Below, piece by piece: positions 12,676 through 20,768 of a stretch of DNA of 64,000 bases. The stretch's first letter is position 1. Each line of letters opens with the position of its first letter. The DNA lies in the NCBI GenBank assembly GCA_963739455.1, contig CAVUAK010000001.1, positions 896,001 to 960,000 of the forward strand, in the 5' to 3' direction. Source of the DNA: an uncultured Gemmatimonadales bacterium. GTDB lineage: Bacteria > Gemmatimonadota > Gemmatimonadetes > Gemmatimonadales > GWC2-71-9. The notes beneath the pieces were generated by a model. It saw nothing but the letters and a program-made list of their open reading frames with translations, was not told the origin of the DNA and did no database searches. A program made the position numbers and the translations under genes.

Positions 12676-14124
12676 ATGGGACTCGCCCGCCGCCTCGCAC
12701 TCCTCACCGCCGTCATCGCGGTGGCACTGGTGCTGGGCGCCACCGAGGTGGCCCTCCGCTGGTCGGAACGATCCCGCCTGGACGATCGCCGGCGCGAATC
12801 GGTGGAGCTCGCGACTTCGTGGAGTGAGTACCTGTCGCGCGTGGCCCCGAACGGTGAGCGCGATGCCATCACCCAGGCGCTCATCGGCTGGCCCAGCCAG
12901 CACCTGAGCCTGTCCAACGCGGCGATGTTCGTGTGGGAGAACGGCGGGCTGCAACTCGTCGCCTCGAGCGACACCAGCTCGCTCGCGATGCCGTCGCACA
13001 TTGACACCCTTGCCATGGCGAGCCGGCAGCTGCAGGTGCGCTACATGACCGGTGACGAGCCGTCATGGAACGTGGCGACGCCGGTGGGCGCCGCGGGCGG
13101 CCCGTACGGCGTGCTGCACGTGCGCGTCTCCACGGCGACATTGCGCGGCTGGGCCCGGCTCGAGCGGCAGCGCGCGTATGTCCTGGCCCTGGTGGCCGCC
13201 CTGCTCGTGGCCGGTGCGGTGGCCTACCTCACGTCGATCTGGGTGGGCGGTCCGCTCAGTACCCTGGGCGCCGCGATGGCGCGCGCGCATGGCGGCGTGG
13301 CGAACGCGCCCGCCGCACCCGAGCTGGGCCCCGAGGAATTCCGCCTGCTCACCCGGCGCTACAACGGGCTCCGCGAGGCACTCACCGCCCGGCAGCGCGA
13401 GAGCGACGCACGCGCCGCACTGCTGGCTCTCGAGGAGCGGGCGCGCAGCCTTGATCGCCTGGCGCTGCTGGAGGAAACCGCGACCGGTTTCGCCCACGAG
13501 ATCGGCACGCCGCTCAACACCGTGAGCGGGCACCTGCAGTTGCTGCGGGATGATCTCCAGCGGGCGGCGCAGCCGGCGGCGGTGGACCGGGTGCAGCTGT
13601 TGCTGGCACAGGTGGACCGGCTGGCGGGCATCGTGCGGGCGCGACTCGATCGCGGCGGCTGGCCCGCGCCGGCGCTGCAGTCCACCGAACTCGACGGACT
13701 CGCGCTCCGGATGCTCCGGTTCCTGGAGCCGTCGCTGCTCGCCGCCGGAGTCCGTGCCGGCCTCGAGTCCTCGGGCGCAGGCCCCGTCACCGCGTGGTGT
13801 GATCCGGCACTGGTGGAGCAGGTGCTCCTCAACCTGCTCAAGAACGCCATTGAGGCACTCGAGAACGGAGGCAGCATTGTCCTCCGCACCGGCAGTTCCG
13901 GCGATCGCGCGTGGATCGACGTGGCAGACTCTGGTCCGGGACTCGCGCCCATCATGCAGCAGCAGCTCTTCAATCCCTTCGTATCCACCAAGGGCGAGGC
14001 GGGCACCGGGCTCGGTCTTGCCGTGAGCCGGCGCCTCGCGCGTGCGCAGGGCGGCGAACTCGAGCACATTCCGGGTGCCAGTGGCACCACCTGGCGCCTG
14101 TCCCTTTCACGAAAGCCCGCATGA
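12676..14124 (+). CDS. Membrane sensor histidine kinase
   Basis: Two TM helices flanking a periplasmic domain, H-box FAHEIGTPL, N-box NLLKNAIEA, DSGPG, FNPF, GTGLGL. Confidence 0.95.
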   Translation: MGLARRLALLTAVIAVALVLGATEVALRWSERSRLDDRRRESVELATSWSEYLSRVAPNGERDAITQALIGWPSQHLSLSNAAMFVWENGGLQLVASSDTSSLAMPSHIDTLAMASRQLQVRYMTGDEPSWNVATPVGAAGGPYGVLHVRVSTATLRGWARLERQRAYVLALVAALLVAGAVAYLTSIWVGGPLSTLGAAMARAHGGVANAPAAPELGPEEFRLLTRRYNGLREALTARQRESDARAALLALEERARSLDRLALLEETATGFAHEIGTPLNTVSGHLQLLRDDLQRAAQPAAVDRVQLLLAQVDRLAGIVRARLDRGGWPAPALQSTELDGLALRMLRFLEPSLLAAGVRAGLESSGAGPVTAWCDPALVEQVLLNLLKNAIEALENGGSIVLRTGSSGDRAWIDVADSGPGLAPIMQQQLFNPFVSTKGEAGTGLGLAVSRRLARAQGGELEHIPGASGTTWRLSLSRKPA

Positions 14125-15524
14125 CCGCTGCTGCACCCCGCCTGCTGCTGGTGGACGACGATGAGGCGGCGTGTACCCTGCTCGCGGAAGTGCTGGAGCG
14201 CGAGTCGTACTCCGTGGTCCGCGCCCTCTCCGGCAAGGAGGCGCTGGAGCGCGTGGACCGGGACGGCCCGTTCGACGCCGTCCTGACCGACCTGCGCATG
14301 CCTGGCAGCAGCGGCCTCGACCTGCTCCGGGACCTGCGCGCCCGCGACGCCAACGCCATCGTGTTTGTGCTGACGGCATTCGGCGATGCCGCTGCCGCAG
14401 GAGAGGCGATCCGGGCTGGCGCCCACGACTTCATCAGCAAGCCCTACGACCTGGGCCAGCTGCGCGTCACCATCGGCCGGGCACTGGCGCGGAGTCGTCT
14501 CGCCTCGACGACGCGTGGCGCCCCGGCGCCCGCCGCCAGGACGTCGAGCGCAGGCGAACCCACCCTCGTGGGTCACAGTCCCGCCATCATCGAGGTCATG
14601 AAGACGGTGGCCCGCGTGGCGCCCAGCCAGGCGAGCGTGCTCATCTTCGGCGAGACCGGTGCCGGCAAGGAACTCGTCGCACGCGCCATCCATCGCTACT
14701 CCGACCGGTCGCACCGGAAGTTCGTGGCGGTGAACTGTTCCGCACTCGCCGAGGGAATCCTGGAGAGCGAGCTGTTCGGCCACGTGAAGGGCGCCTTCAC
14801 CGGGGCGAACGTGGCGCGGCCGGGACTCTTTCGCGAGGCCGACGGCGGCACGCTGTTCCTCGACGAGATCGGGGATATCTCACCCGCGCTGCAGTCACGC
14901 CTGCTCCGGGCACTGCAGGAGCACGAGATCGTACCGGTGGGCGCCGAGACACCGGTGTCGGTCGACGCGCGCATCATTGCGGCGACCCATCGGGACCTGC
15001 CCCAGCTGGTGAAGGACGGTCGCTTCCGGGAGGATCTCTACTACCGGCTGCACGTGGTGTCGCTGACGCTGCCGCCGCTGCGGTCACGACGGCAGGACTT
15101 GCCACTGCTCATCGACGACCTGCTGCGCCGCCTGGCCGAACGGCACGACCGGGGCCCGGTGGCGGTGGATCCCGAGGCGCAGGCACTGCTGCTGTCCTAT
15201 GACTGGCCCGGCAACGTACGCGAGCTGTACAACGTCCTCGAGCGCGCGCTGGTCCTGGCGTCGCAGGACGTGATCGGTCCCGAGCACCTCCCGGTGGAGA
15301 TACGGCAGCAGGACTCAGCACGCGCGGCCGGTGCCGCGACCGACGGAACGGGGCAGGAGTCCGGCGCGCTGCTGCCACTGGCAGACGTGGAACGTCACCA
15401 CGTGCTGCGCGTCCTGCGCGCCACTGACGGAAACCGTGAACGCGCCTCGCGCATGCTCGGTATTTCACGCCGCACCCTCACCCGCATGCTCCAGCGCTGG
15501 CGCCCCGACCTGCCCCCCGAATAG
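14121..15524 (+). CDS. NtrC-family sigma54-dependent response regulator
   Basis: Receiver (LVDDD, TDLRMP, KP), GETGAGKE, ESELFGHVKGAFTGA, LFLDEIG, FREDLYYRL, WPGNVREL, Fis-type HTH. Confidence 0.97.
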   Translation: MTAAAPRLLLVDDDEAACTLLAEVLERESYSVVRALSGKEALERVDRDGPFDAVLTDLRMPGSSGLDLLRDLRARDANAIVFVLTAFGDAAAAGEAIRAGAHDFISKPYDLGQLRVTIGRALARSRLASTTRGAPAPAARTSSAGEPTLVGHSPAIIEVMKTVARVAPSQASVLIFGETGAGKELVARAIHRYSDRSHRKFVAVNCSALAEGILESELFGHVKGAFTGANVARPGLFREADGGTLFLDEIGDISPALQSRLLRALQEHEIVPVGAETPVSVDARIIAATHRDLPQLVKDGRFREDLYYRLHVVSLTLPPLRSRRQDLPLLIDDLLRRLAERHDRGPVAVDPEAQALLLSYDWPGNVRELYNVLERALVLASQDVIGPEHLPVEIRQQDSARAAGAATDGTGQESGALLPLADVERHHVLRVLRATDGNRERASRMLGISRRTLTRMLQRWRPDLPPE

Positions 15525-15528
15525 CGGC

Positions 15529-15571
15529 GACATTCTGTCCCGTCAGGCCAGACTGTCGCTGACGCTCTGTC
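15529..15571. promoter_or_regulatory. Three putative enhancer boxes GACA-N3-TGTC
   Basis: GACATTCTGTC (15529), GCCAGACTGTC (15547), GACGCTCTGTC (15561), about 120 bp upstream of a -24/-12 site. Confidence 0.6.
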
Positions 15572-15692
15572 TCCCTTCCCGTTTTTCTCGCCCCTCAAGC
15601 CAACCTCGAAGTCCTCGCACCGAATGCGCATCACCTGATGTGCGTGGGAGTTGTGCGTCATGGCGTGGGCCAGGAGGCGGCGCCGCGCCGCG

Positions 15693-15708
15693 TGGCATCA
15701 CCGATGCT
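15693..15708 (+). promoter_or_regulatory. Putative sigma54 -24/-12 promoter
   Basis: TGGCATCACCGATGCT = TGGCA, GG-N10-GC, TGCT. Confidence 0.7.
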
Positions 15709-15776
15709 TTAGGAGGGGTGAGCGCCGAAGACAACGGCGGCAGTCCTATGGCAAACCACTCCGGAGGATCCGTTCC

Positions 15777-16154
15777 ATGATCGGCAAGTTCGCAGTCTCT
15801 TTCGCTACGATGGCGCTGTCCGCGACGGTGCTTGTTGCACAGACGTCGACGACGCCCCCGACCGTGAAGCCTGCCACGCAGGTGACGAAGACCCCGGCGC
15901 AGACTCCAGCGGCAAAGCCGGCGCAGACCCCGGCAGCGAAGCCGGCCACCACCGCGGCCAAGCCGGCGACCGCCGAGACCAAGGCTGAGAAGAAGACCGC
16001 CGAAGAGCAGAAGAAGGCGGACAAGAAGGCGGCGGAGCAGAAGAAGAAGGCAGCAGATGAGCAGGCGAAGCAGCAGAAGAAGGCAGCAAGCATGTCGTCC
16101 ACGAAGCCTGCAGCCAAGCCGACCTCCACAGCGGCTCCAGCAGGCAGCAAGTAG
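15777..16154 (+). CDS. Secreted Lys/Ala/Thr/Pro-rich low-complexity protein (Asr-like composition)
   Basis: RBS GGAGG, signal peptide ending VLVA-Q, repeats PAQTPAAK and AEQKKKAA; no aromatic residues in the mature part. Confidence 0.8.
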   Translation: MIGKFAVSFATMALSATVLVAQTSTTPPTVKPATQVTKTPAQTPAAKPAQTPAAKPATTAAKPATAETKAEKKTAEEQKKADKKAAEQKKKAADEQAKQQKKAASMSSTKPAAKPTSTAAPAGSK

Positions 16155-16214
16155 GAGAAGGTCCTTCCGCGAGGCAGCGAAACTGGCTGCGGTCCTCACC
16201 TGAAGCCTCGCATC

Positions 16215-16250
16215 GCGCCCCTTCGAGCAATCGGAGGGGCGCTTCTCCTT
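16215..16250 (+). terminator. Intrinsic terminator-like hairpin
   Basis: GCGCCCCTTCGA-GCAA-TCGGAGGGGCGC-TTCTCCTT. Confidence 0.65.
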
Positions 16251-16306
16251 CCAGGAGTGGGAGGGAAAACGAAGCGGCCGAAGCCCGCGGAGTAGCCCTC
16301 CGCGGA

Positions 16307-16354
16307 CATGACAAAAGCGCTGCGGCCGCTTTCGCGACCCACAGCGCTCTGTCA

Positions 16355-16356
<2 letters not shown>
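16307..16356 (-). terminator. Terminator hairpin directly after tRNA-Phe
   Basis: Minus strand: CATGACAGAGCGCTGTGGGTCGC-GAAA-GCGGCCGCAGCGCTTTTGTCATG. Confidence 0.7.
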
Positions 16357-16427
<71 letters not shown>

Positions 16428-16439
16428 GAAGGGCGGGAG

Positions 16440-16468
16440 AATATAGGTCGTCCCACCCCTGAATCCAA
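16440..16468 (-). promoter_or_regulatory. Sigma70 promoter of tRNA-Phe
   Basis: TTGGAT-17bp-TATATT on the minus strand. Confidence 0.6.
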
Positions 16469-16500
16469 GCCGCCCCGGGCAATCGTTCCCCTGCGCCACG

Positions 16501-16516
16501 CGGCACGCGCTCTGCA
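16501..16516 (+). promoter_or_regulatory. Putative sigma54 -24/-12 promoter
   Basis: CGGCACGCGCTCTGCA, 31 nt upstream of ATG 16548. Confidence 0.55.
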
Positions 16517-16547
16517 CTCGAACACTCGCCCTTAGCAAGGATCTCTC

Positions 16548-17177
16548 ATGATCTCCTTCATTGCTGCACTCGCGCTCGCTGCATTTCCGCTCGGCCCCAC
16601 CACTCCGGTGAACGATCTCCCCCTCCGTCCCTTCGCTGCCGCCGTGCCGTCCCCGGTCATGGCGGTCATGCTTACCGGTGAAAGTGGCTGGGTTGGCATC
16701 GACCGCAGCATCACCCAGTCCATGCTCGATCGCGGCATTCCTGTGGTGGGGTTCGACATGCCCACGTACCTGAAGACCAAACGATCACCGGACCAGATGG
16801 GTGCCGACCTCGAGCGAGTCGTGCGATTCTACCTCGACGCCTGGGGCGCTGACACCGTGCTGCTCATCGGCGATGCGCGCGGCGCTTCGGCGCTCACCTT
16901 CATGGCGGCACGGCTCCCCGCCGACCTGCGCGCCCGGGTGAAGCTCGTCGGTCTGCTCGAGCCCGGCCTGCAGCTGGAATCGATGCCGACCCTGCCGGAA
17001 GCGGCCCAGCTCAACGGGCTCGGCGTCGTGTGCGTCTATGGCAGCAAGGAATCGAAGACCCTCTGCCCGGAGATGCCACCGGAACTCGGCAGCGTGATAG
17101 TGACCGATGGCGGTCACCACATGGACAAGGACTACGCGATGCTGACCGAACTGCTGCTCGAGCACGCCTCGCACTGA
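16548..17177 (+). CDS. AcvB/VirJ-family alpha/beta-hydrolase-like protein (nucleophile Ser apparently absent)
   Basis: TGESGW..ID, GIPVVGFD..Y....RSPDQ..ADL, VLLIGDARGA, CVYG..E...LCP, GGHHMDKDY follow the VirJ pattern. Confidence 0.8.
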   Translation: MISFIAALALAAFPLGPTTPVNDLPLRPFAAAVPSPVMAVMLTGESGWVGIDRSITQSMLDRGIPVVGFDMPTYLKTKRSPDQMGADLERVVRFYLDAWGADTVLLIGDARGASALTFMAARLPADLRARVKLVGLLEPGLQLESMPTLPEAAQLNGLGVVCVYGSKESKTLCPEMPPELGSVIVTDGGHHMDKDYAMLTELLLEHASH

Positions 17178-17196
17178 CCGGGCTAGTTTCCGGGGC

Positions 17197-18936
17197 ATGA
17201 AGATGCCCCGGAAACAACTCCGTGTGCTGCTGGGCCTCGCGGCCCTCCCCTCCACCGCGCTGGCGCAGGCCACCGGCTCCTGGGCGCTGCACGGCCATGA
17301 CCTCGGTGGGCAGCGCTACTCCAAGCTCAGCGCCGTCAATACGAAGACCGTAGGCCAGCTGGTGCCGAAGTGGACCTGGCACAGCGGGGTCACGGCGACG
17401 TTCCAGGCAACGCCGATCGTGGTGGACAGCGTCATCTACGTGTCGCTGCCGTTCAGCGGTGTGGCGGCGCTCGAGGCTGCAACCGGTCGCGAGCTCTGGC
17501 GCTACAAGCACGAGTCACGCAATGCCAAGCTCTGCTGCGGGCCGGCCAACCGGGGTGTCGCCGTTGCCGAGGGCCTGGTCTATGTCGGCACCGTCGACGG
17601 GCGCCTCGTTGCGCTCGATGCGAAGACCGGCAACGTGGTGTGGGACGTCGTCGTGGCTGCATATGAAGGCAGCACCGAGGCCACGAGCCAGCTGAACAGC
17701 AATGACTCGCTGTCACAGGTTGGGAAGACGGGCTCCACCGGCGTCGGGATCAGTGCGGCACCGCTCGTGTATGACGGCAAGGTGTTCGTTGGCATCGCGG
17801 GCGTCGGCTACGGCCTTCACCCCGACAAGGGCCTCGCCGTCGTGGGACTGAGTGGTCAGTATGGCCGGCCGGGGCTCATGTCGGCGTTCGATGCGAAGAC
17901 GGGAGCGTTGATCTGGCGCTTCAGCGTCACCGGTCCCGGCTGGGACGGCACCTACCAGAACAGCACGCCCTATGGCGTGCCGATGCAGCGCGACATCGCT
18001 GCCGAGCGCGCCGATTCGGCGAAGTACGCCGATGCGTGGAAGTACGGCGGCGGTTCGATCTATGCCACCCCGGTCGTCGATACCAAGCGCAACCTGCTCA
18101 TCTTCGGCACCGGCAATCCATCGCCCCAGATGGCCGATGTTTCCCGACCGGGTGACAACCTCTACACCTCGTCACTCGTGGCCCTCGACCTCCGCACCGG
18201 GCGGCTCATCTGGCACTACCAGCAGGTACCGCACGACCGCTGGGGCTACGACGTCGCGAGTTCACCGGTGCTGCTGCACGTAACCCGCGACGGCAAGCGG
18301 ATCCCGGCGGTGGCCCAGGCCAGCAAGACCGGCTGGGTCTTCGTGCACGATCGCCGCGATGGCACCCTTCTCTTCAAGTCCGAACCGTTCGTGCCCCAGC
18401 GCAACCTCTTCACCCCGCCCCAGCCTGGTGAGGGCGTGGTGATCGCGCCTGGCATTGCCGGTGGTGCCAACTGGTCGCCGTCGGCGTATGACCCCAAGGA
18501 GCACCTGTTCTACGTGGGTGCGCTGCACCTCCCGACGCGATACGTCGCTCACGAGGTGCGCGGACCCGACAGCAGCGTCACCCAGTACGCCAGCACCCAG
18601 AACACCGACGAGGCCTGGGGCACGCTTACCGCACTCGATCTCGCGAATGATGGAAAGCTCAAGTGGCAGGTGAAGACTGATGAGCCGCTGATCGGCGGAG
18701 TGCTCGCCACGGGCGGCGGCCTGGTCTTCTCGGGCGCAGGCAAGGGCCTGTTCGCCGCCTTCGACGGGGTGACGGGCCAGCAGCTCTGGTCGTATCAATG
18801 CGACGCCGGCGTGAATGCACCGCCGATTACCTACGCCATCGGCGGGAAACAGTTCGTGGCGGTGGCCGCAGGTGGCAATGCCCTCTTCGGGTTCAAGCAG
18901 GGTGACATGGTGGTGGCCTTTGGCCTTCCCGAGTGA
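17197..18936 (+). CDS. PQQ-dependent dehydrogenase-like beta-propeller protein
   Basis: Signal peptide, QRYSKL, FQATPIV, CCGPANRG, GTGNP, LIWHYQQVPHD, GGANW, VNAPPITY. Confidence 0.9.
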   Translation: MKMPRKQLRVLLGLAALPSTALAQATGSWALHGHDLGGQRYSKLSAVNTKTVGQLVPKWTWHSGVTATFQATPIVVDSVIYVSLPFSGVAALEAATGRELWRYKHESRNAKLCCGPANRGVAVAEGLVYVGTVDGRLVALDAKTGNVVWDVVVAAYEGSTEATSQLNSNDSLSQVGKTGSTGVGISAAPLVYDGKVFVGIAGVGYGLHPDKGLAVVGLSGQYGRPGLMSAFDAKTGALIWRFSVTGPGWDGTYQNSTPYGVPMQRDIAAERADSAKYADAWKYGGGSIYATPVVDTKRNLLIFGTGNPSPQMADVSRPGDNLYTSSLVALDLRTGRLIWHYQQVPHDRWGYDVASSPVLLHVTRDGKRIPAVAQASKTGWVFVHDRRDGTLLFKSEPFVPQRNLFTPPQPGEGVVIAPGIAGGANWSPSAYDPKEHLFYVGALHLPTRYVAHEVRGPDSSVTQYASTQNTDEAWGTLTALDLANDGKLKWQVKTDEPLIGGVLATGGGLVFSGAGKGLFAAFDGVTGQQLWSYQCDAGVNAPPITYAIGGKQFVAVAAGGNALFGFKQGDMVVAFGLPE

Positions 18937-18979
18937 CGTGCTCACTCGACAGTCTTTGACACTCGTTTCGGAGCCTGAG

Positions 18980-19828
18980 ATGCGCCTGTCCCTTCCTCTC
19001 GTCCTGGGCGGCTTGCTGTTCGCCGCGGCAGCCACCCCGCTCGCTGCTCAGCAGGTCGCATCGATCGACTATGCCGACCGGATGCACGCCGTGCATGAAC
19101 ACGACGCCCCGGTGCCGAGCGGCGCCGCGCGTCCTCCCCGCACCGACGTCGTGTCCGACACGGTGACGTACTGGACGGTCGACGGGAAGCCGGTGCAGGG
19201 TTTCCGCTCACGACCGAAGAATGCGAAGAAGGATGCACCGGCGCTCGTCGTGGTCCACGAGTGGTGGGGGCTCAACGATAACATCCGCGCGGCGACCGAG
19301 CGCCTGGCAGGCGAAGGCTATGTGGCCCTCGCCGTTGACCTGTATGGCACCGTGGCGCCGAACGCGGACAGCGCGGCCAGGCTCTATCGCTACGTCATGG
19401 AGAACGCCCCGGCTGGTCGCGCCAACCTCGCCGCGGCGATCGACTTTCTCCAGGCGCAGGGCGCGAAGAAGATCGGCACCATCGGCTGGTGCTTCGGCGG
19501 GCACTGGAGCCTGCAGGCGGGACTGGTGGGTGGGTCGAAGGTGCAGGCAGTGGTGATGTACTACGGGCAGCCCATCACGGACTCCACGGTGTTGCAGCAA
19601 CTGCAGGCGCCGCTGCTCGGACTCTTCGGCAGCCAGGACACCGGCATTCCCGTCGACAGCGTGAAGGCAATGGCCGCCGCCCTCGACAAGCTGCAGCGCA
19701 CCGAGACGATCCAGTTCTTCGACGCCGGGCACGGCTTCGCCAACCCGTCGGGCAAGAACTACAATGCCGCTGCCGCCGAGGAGGCCTGGAAGCGGACCAC
19801 GGAGTTCTTCGAGCACTACCTCAAGTAG
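18980..19828 (+). CDS. Dienelactone hydrolase family protein (secreted)
   Basis: VHEWWGLN, GWCFGG, YYG, FGSQD, AGHGFAN. Confidence 0.92.
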   Translation: MRLSLPLVLGGLLFAAAATPLAAQQVASIDYADRMHAVHEHDAPVPSGAARPPRTDVVSDTVTYWTVDGKPVQGFRSRPKNAKKDAPALVVVHEWWGLNDNIRAATERLAGEGYVALAVDLYGTVAPNADSAARLYRYVMENAPAGRANLAAAIDFLQAQGAKKIGTIGWCFGGHWSLQAGLVGGSKVQAVVMYYGQPITDSTVLQQLQAPLLGLFGSQDTGIPVDSVKAMAAALDKLQRTETIQFFDAGHGFANPSGKNYNAAAAEEAWKRTTEFFEHYLK

Positions 19829-19831
19829 GCC

Positions 19832-20761
19832 ATGACCTGGCGCACCGTCTCCGGGGCGGTCCTGCCCGGCCTGATCGCAGCGTGTCATGCATCGCCGCCC
19901 GTGGCGGCGCCGGTAGAGACCGGCTTCGCCATGGTGGCACCAGGCATCATCTCGACCGAGCTGCCCGAGTTCGCGCTCACGATCTCGGGCGACGGAAAGG
20001 AGATGTACTTCACGCGCATCTCCGCTGACCGCTCGAAATGGCTGATCATGATGTCGCGCCGCAGCGCGGGGCAGTGGTCCACGCCCGTGGTCGCCTCGTT
20101 CTCCGGTAACTGGCGCGATCTCGACCCCTTCATCACGCCAGACGGCAAGCGCCTCTACTTCACTTCCAACCGGCCGCGCACCAGCTCGAACGTCACCTCC
20201 TTCAGTACATGGTATGTGGATCGTGCTGGTTCGGGCTGGGGCGAACCCATCGATCCGGGCCCGCCGCTCAACTCCGATTCGTCTGATGCTTTCGTGTCGG
20301 TGTCCCGCGCGGGTGACTTGTATTTCTCGTCTACGCGGCAGGGGGAGCAGGCGGTCTATGTGAGCCGGCTCAGTGGAGGGCACTGGGCCGTGCCGGTGCG
20401 AGTGCTCCTGTATCCGCCTGCAGACGGTGCCGGCAATCCGATGATCAGCCCCGACGGACGCGTGCTCCTCGTGACACAGCGCAACCGCGACGGCGACACC
20501 GACATCATGTATGGCTGCTTTCGCGAGGGCCGCGGGTCCGAACTGCCTGAACGCGACGGCAACTGGACCGACCTGCGTGCGCTACCCGCGCCGGTCAACT
20601 CGCCCAAACTCGACTTCGCGCCTGCCATCGATGCCGCCGGCACCACGCTCTACTTCACCTCCGAGCGCCCCGGCATCGTGCCCGCGCCACCCGACTCCGT
20701 CCGCCCTCCCGGCGACATCTACCGGATCCCGCTCAGGGATGCCGGCATCGACTGCAGCTAG
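19832..20761 (+). CDS. PD40/TolB-like beta-propeller lipoprotein
   Basis: Lipobox IAAC; repeated P.I(T/S)PDGK.LYF.S.R units. Confidence 0.85.
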   Translation: MTWRTVSGAVLPGLIAACHASPPVAAPVETGFAMVAPGIISTELPEFALTISGDGKEMYFTRISADRSKWLIMMSRRSAGQWSTPVVASFSGNWRDLDPFITPDGKRLYFTSNRPRTSSNVTSFSTWYVDRAGSGWGEPIDPGPPLNSDSSDAFVSVSRAGDLYFSSTRQGEQAVYVSRLSGGHWAVPVRVLLYPPADGAGNPMISPDGRVLLVTQRNRDGDTDIMYGCFREGRGSELPERDGNWTDLRALPAPVNSPKLDFAPAIDAAGTTLYFTSERPGIVPAPPDSVRPPGDIYRIPLRDAGIDCS

Positions 20762-20768
20762 GTCACCG

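Noticed and set aside
15710..15770. Fragments resembling glycine (CGCCGAAG), c-di-GMP-I (GGCAAACC) or SAH riboswitch motifs
   Set aside because: Partner motifs and stems are missing; only short word matches
16169..16211. Hammerhead-like words GAAAC...GTC...CTGAAG
   Set aside because: Core CUGANGA lacks the final A, stem I cannot form (5 nt) and stem II is out of register
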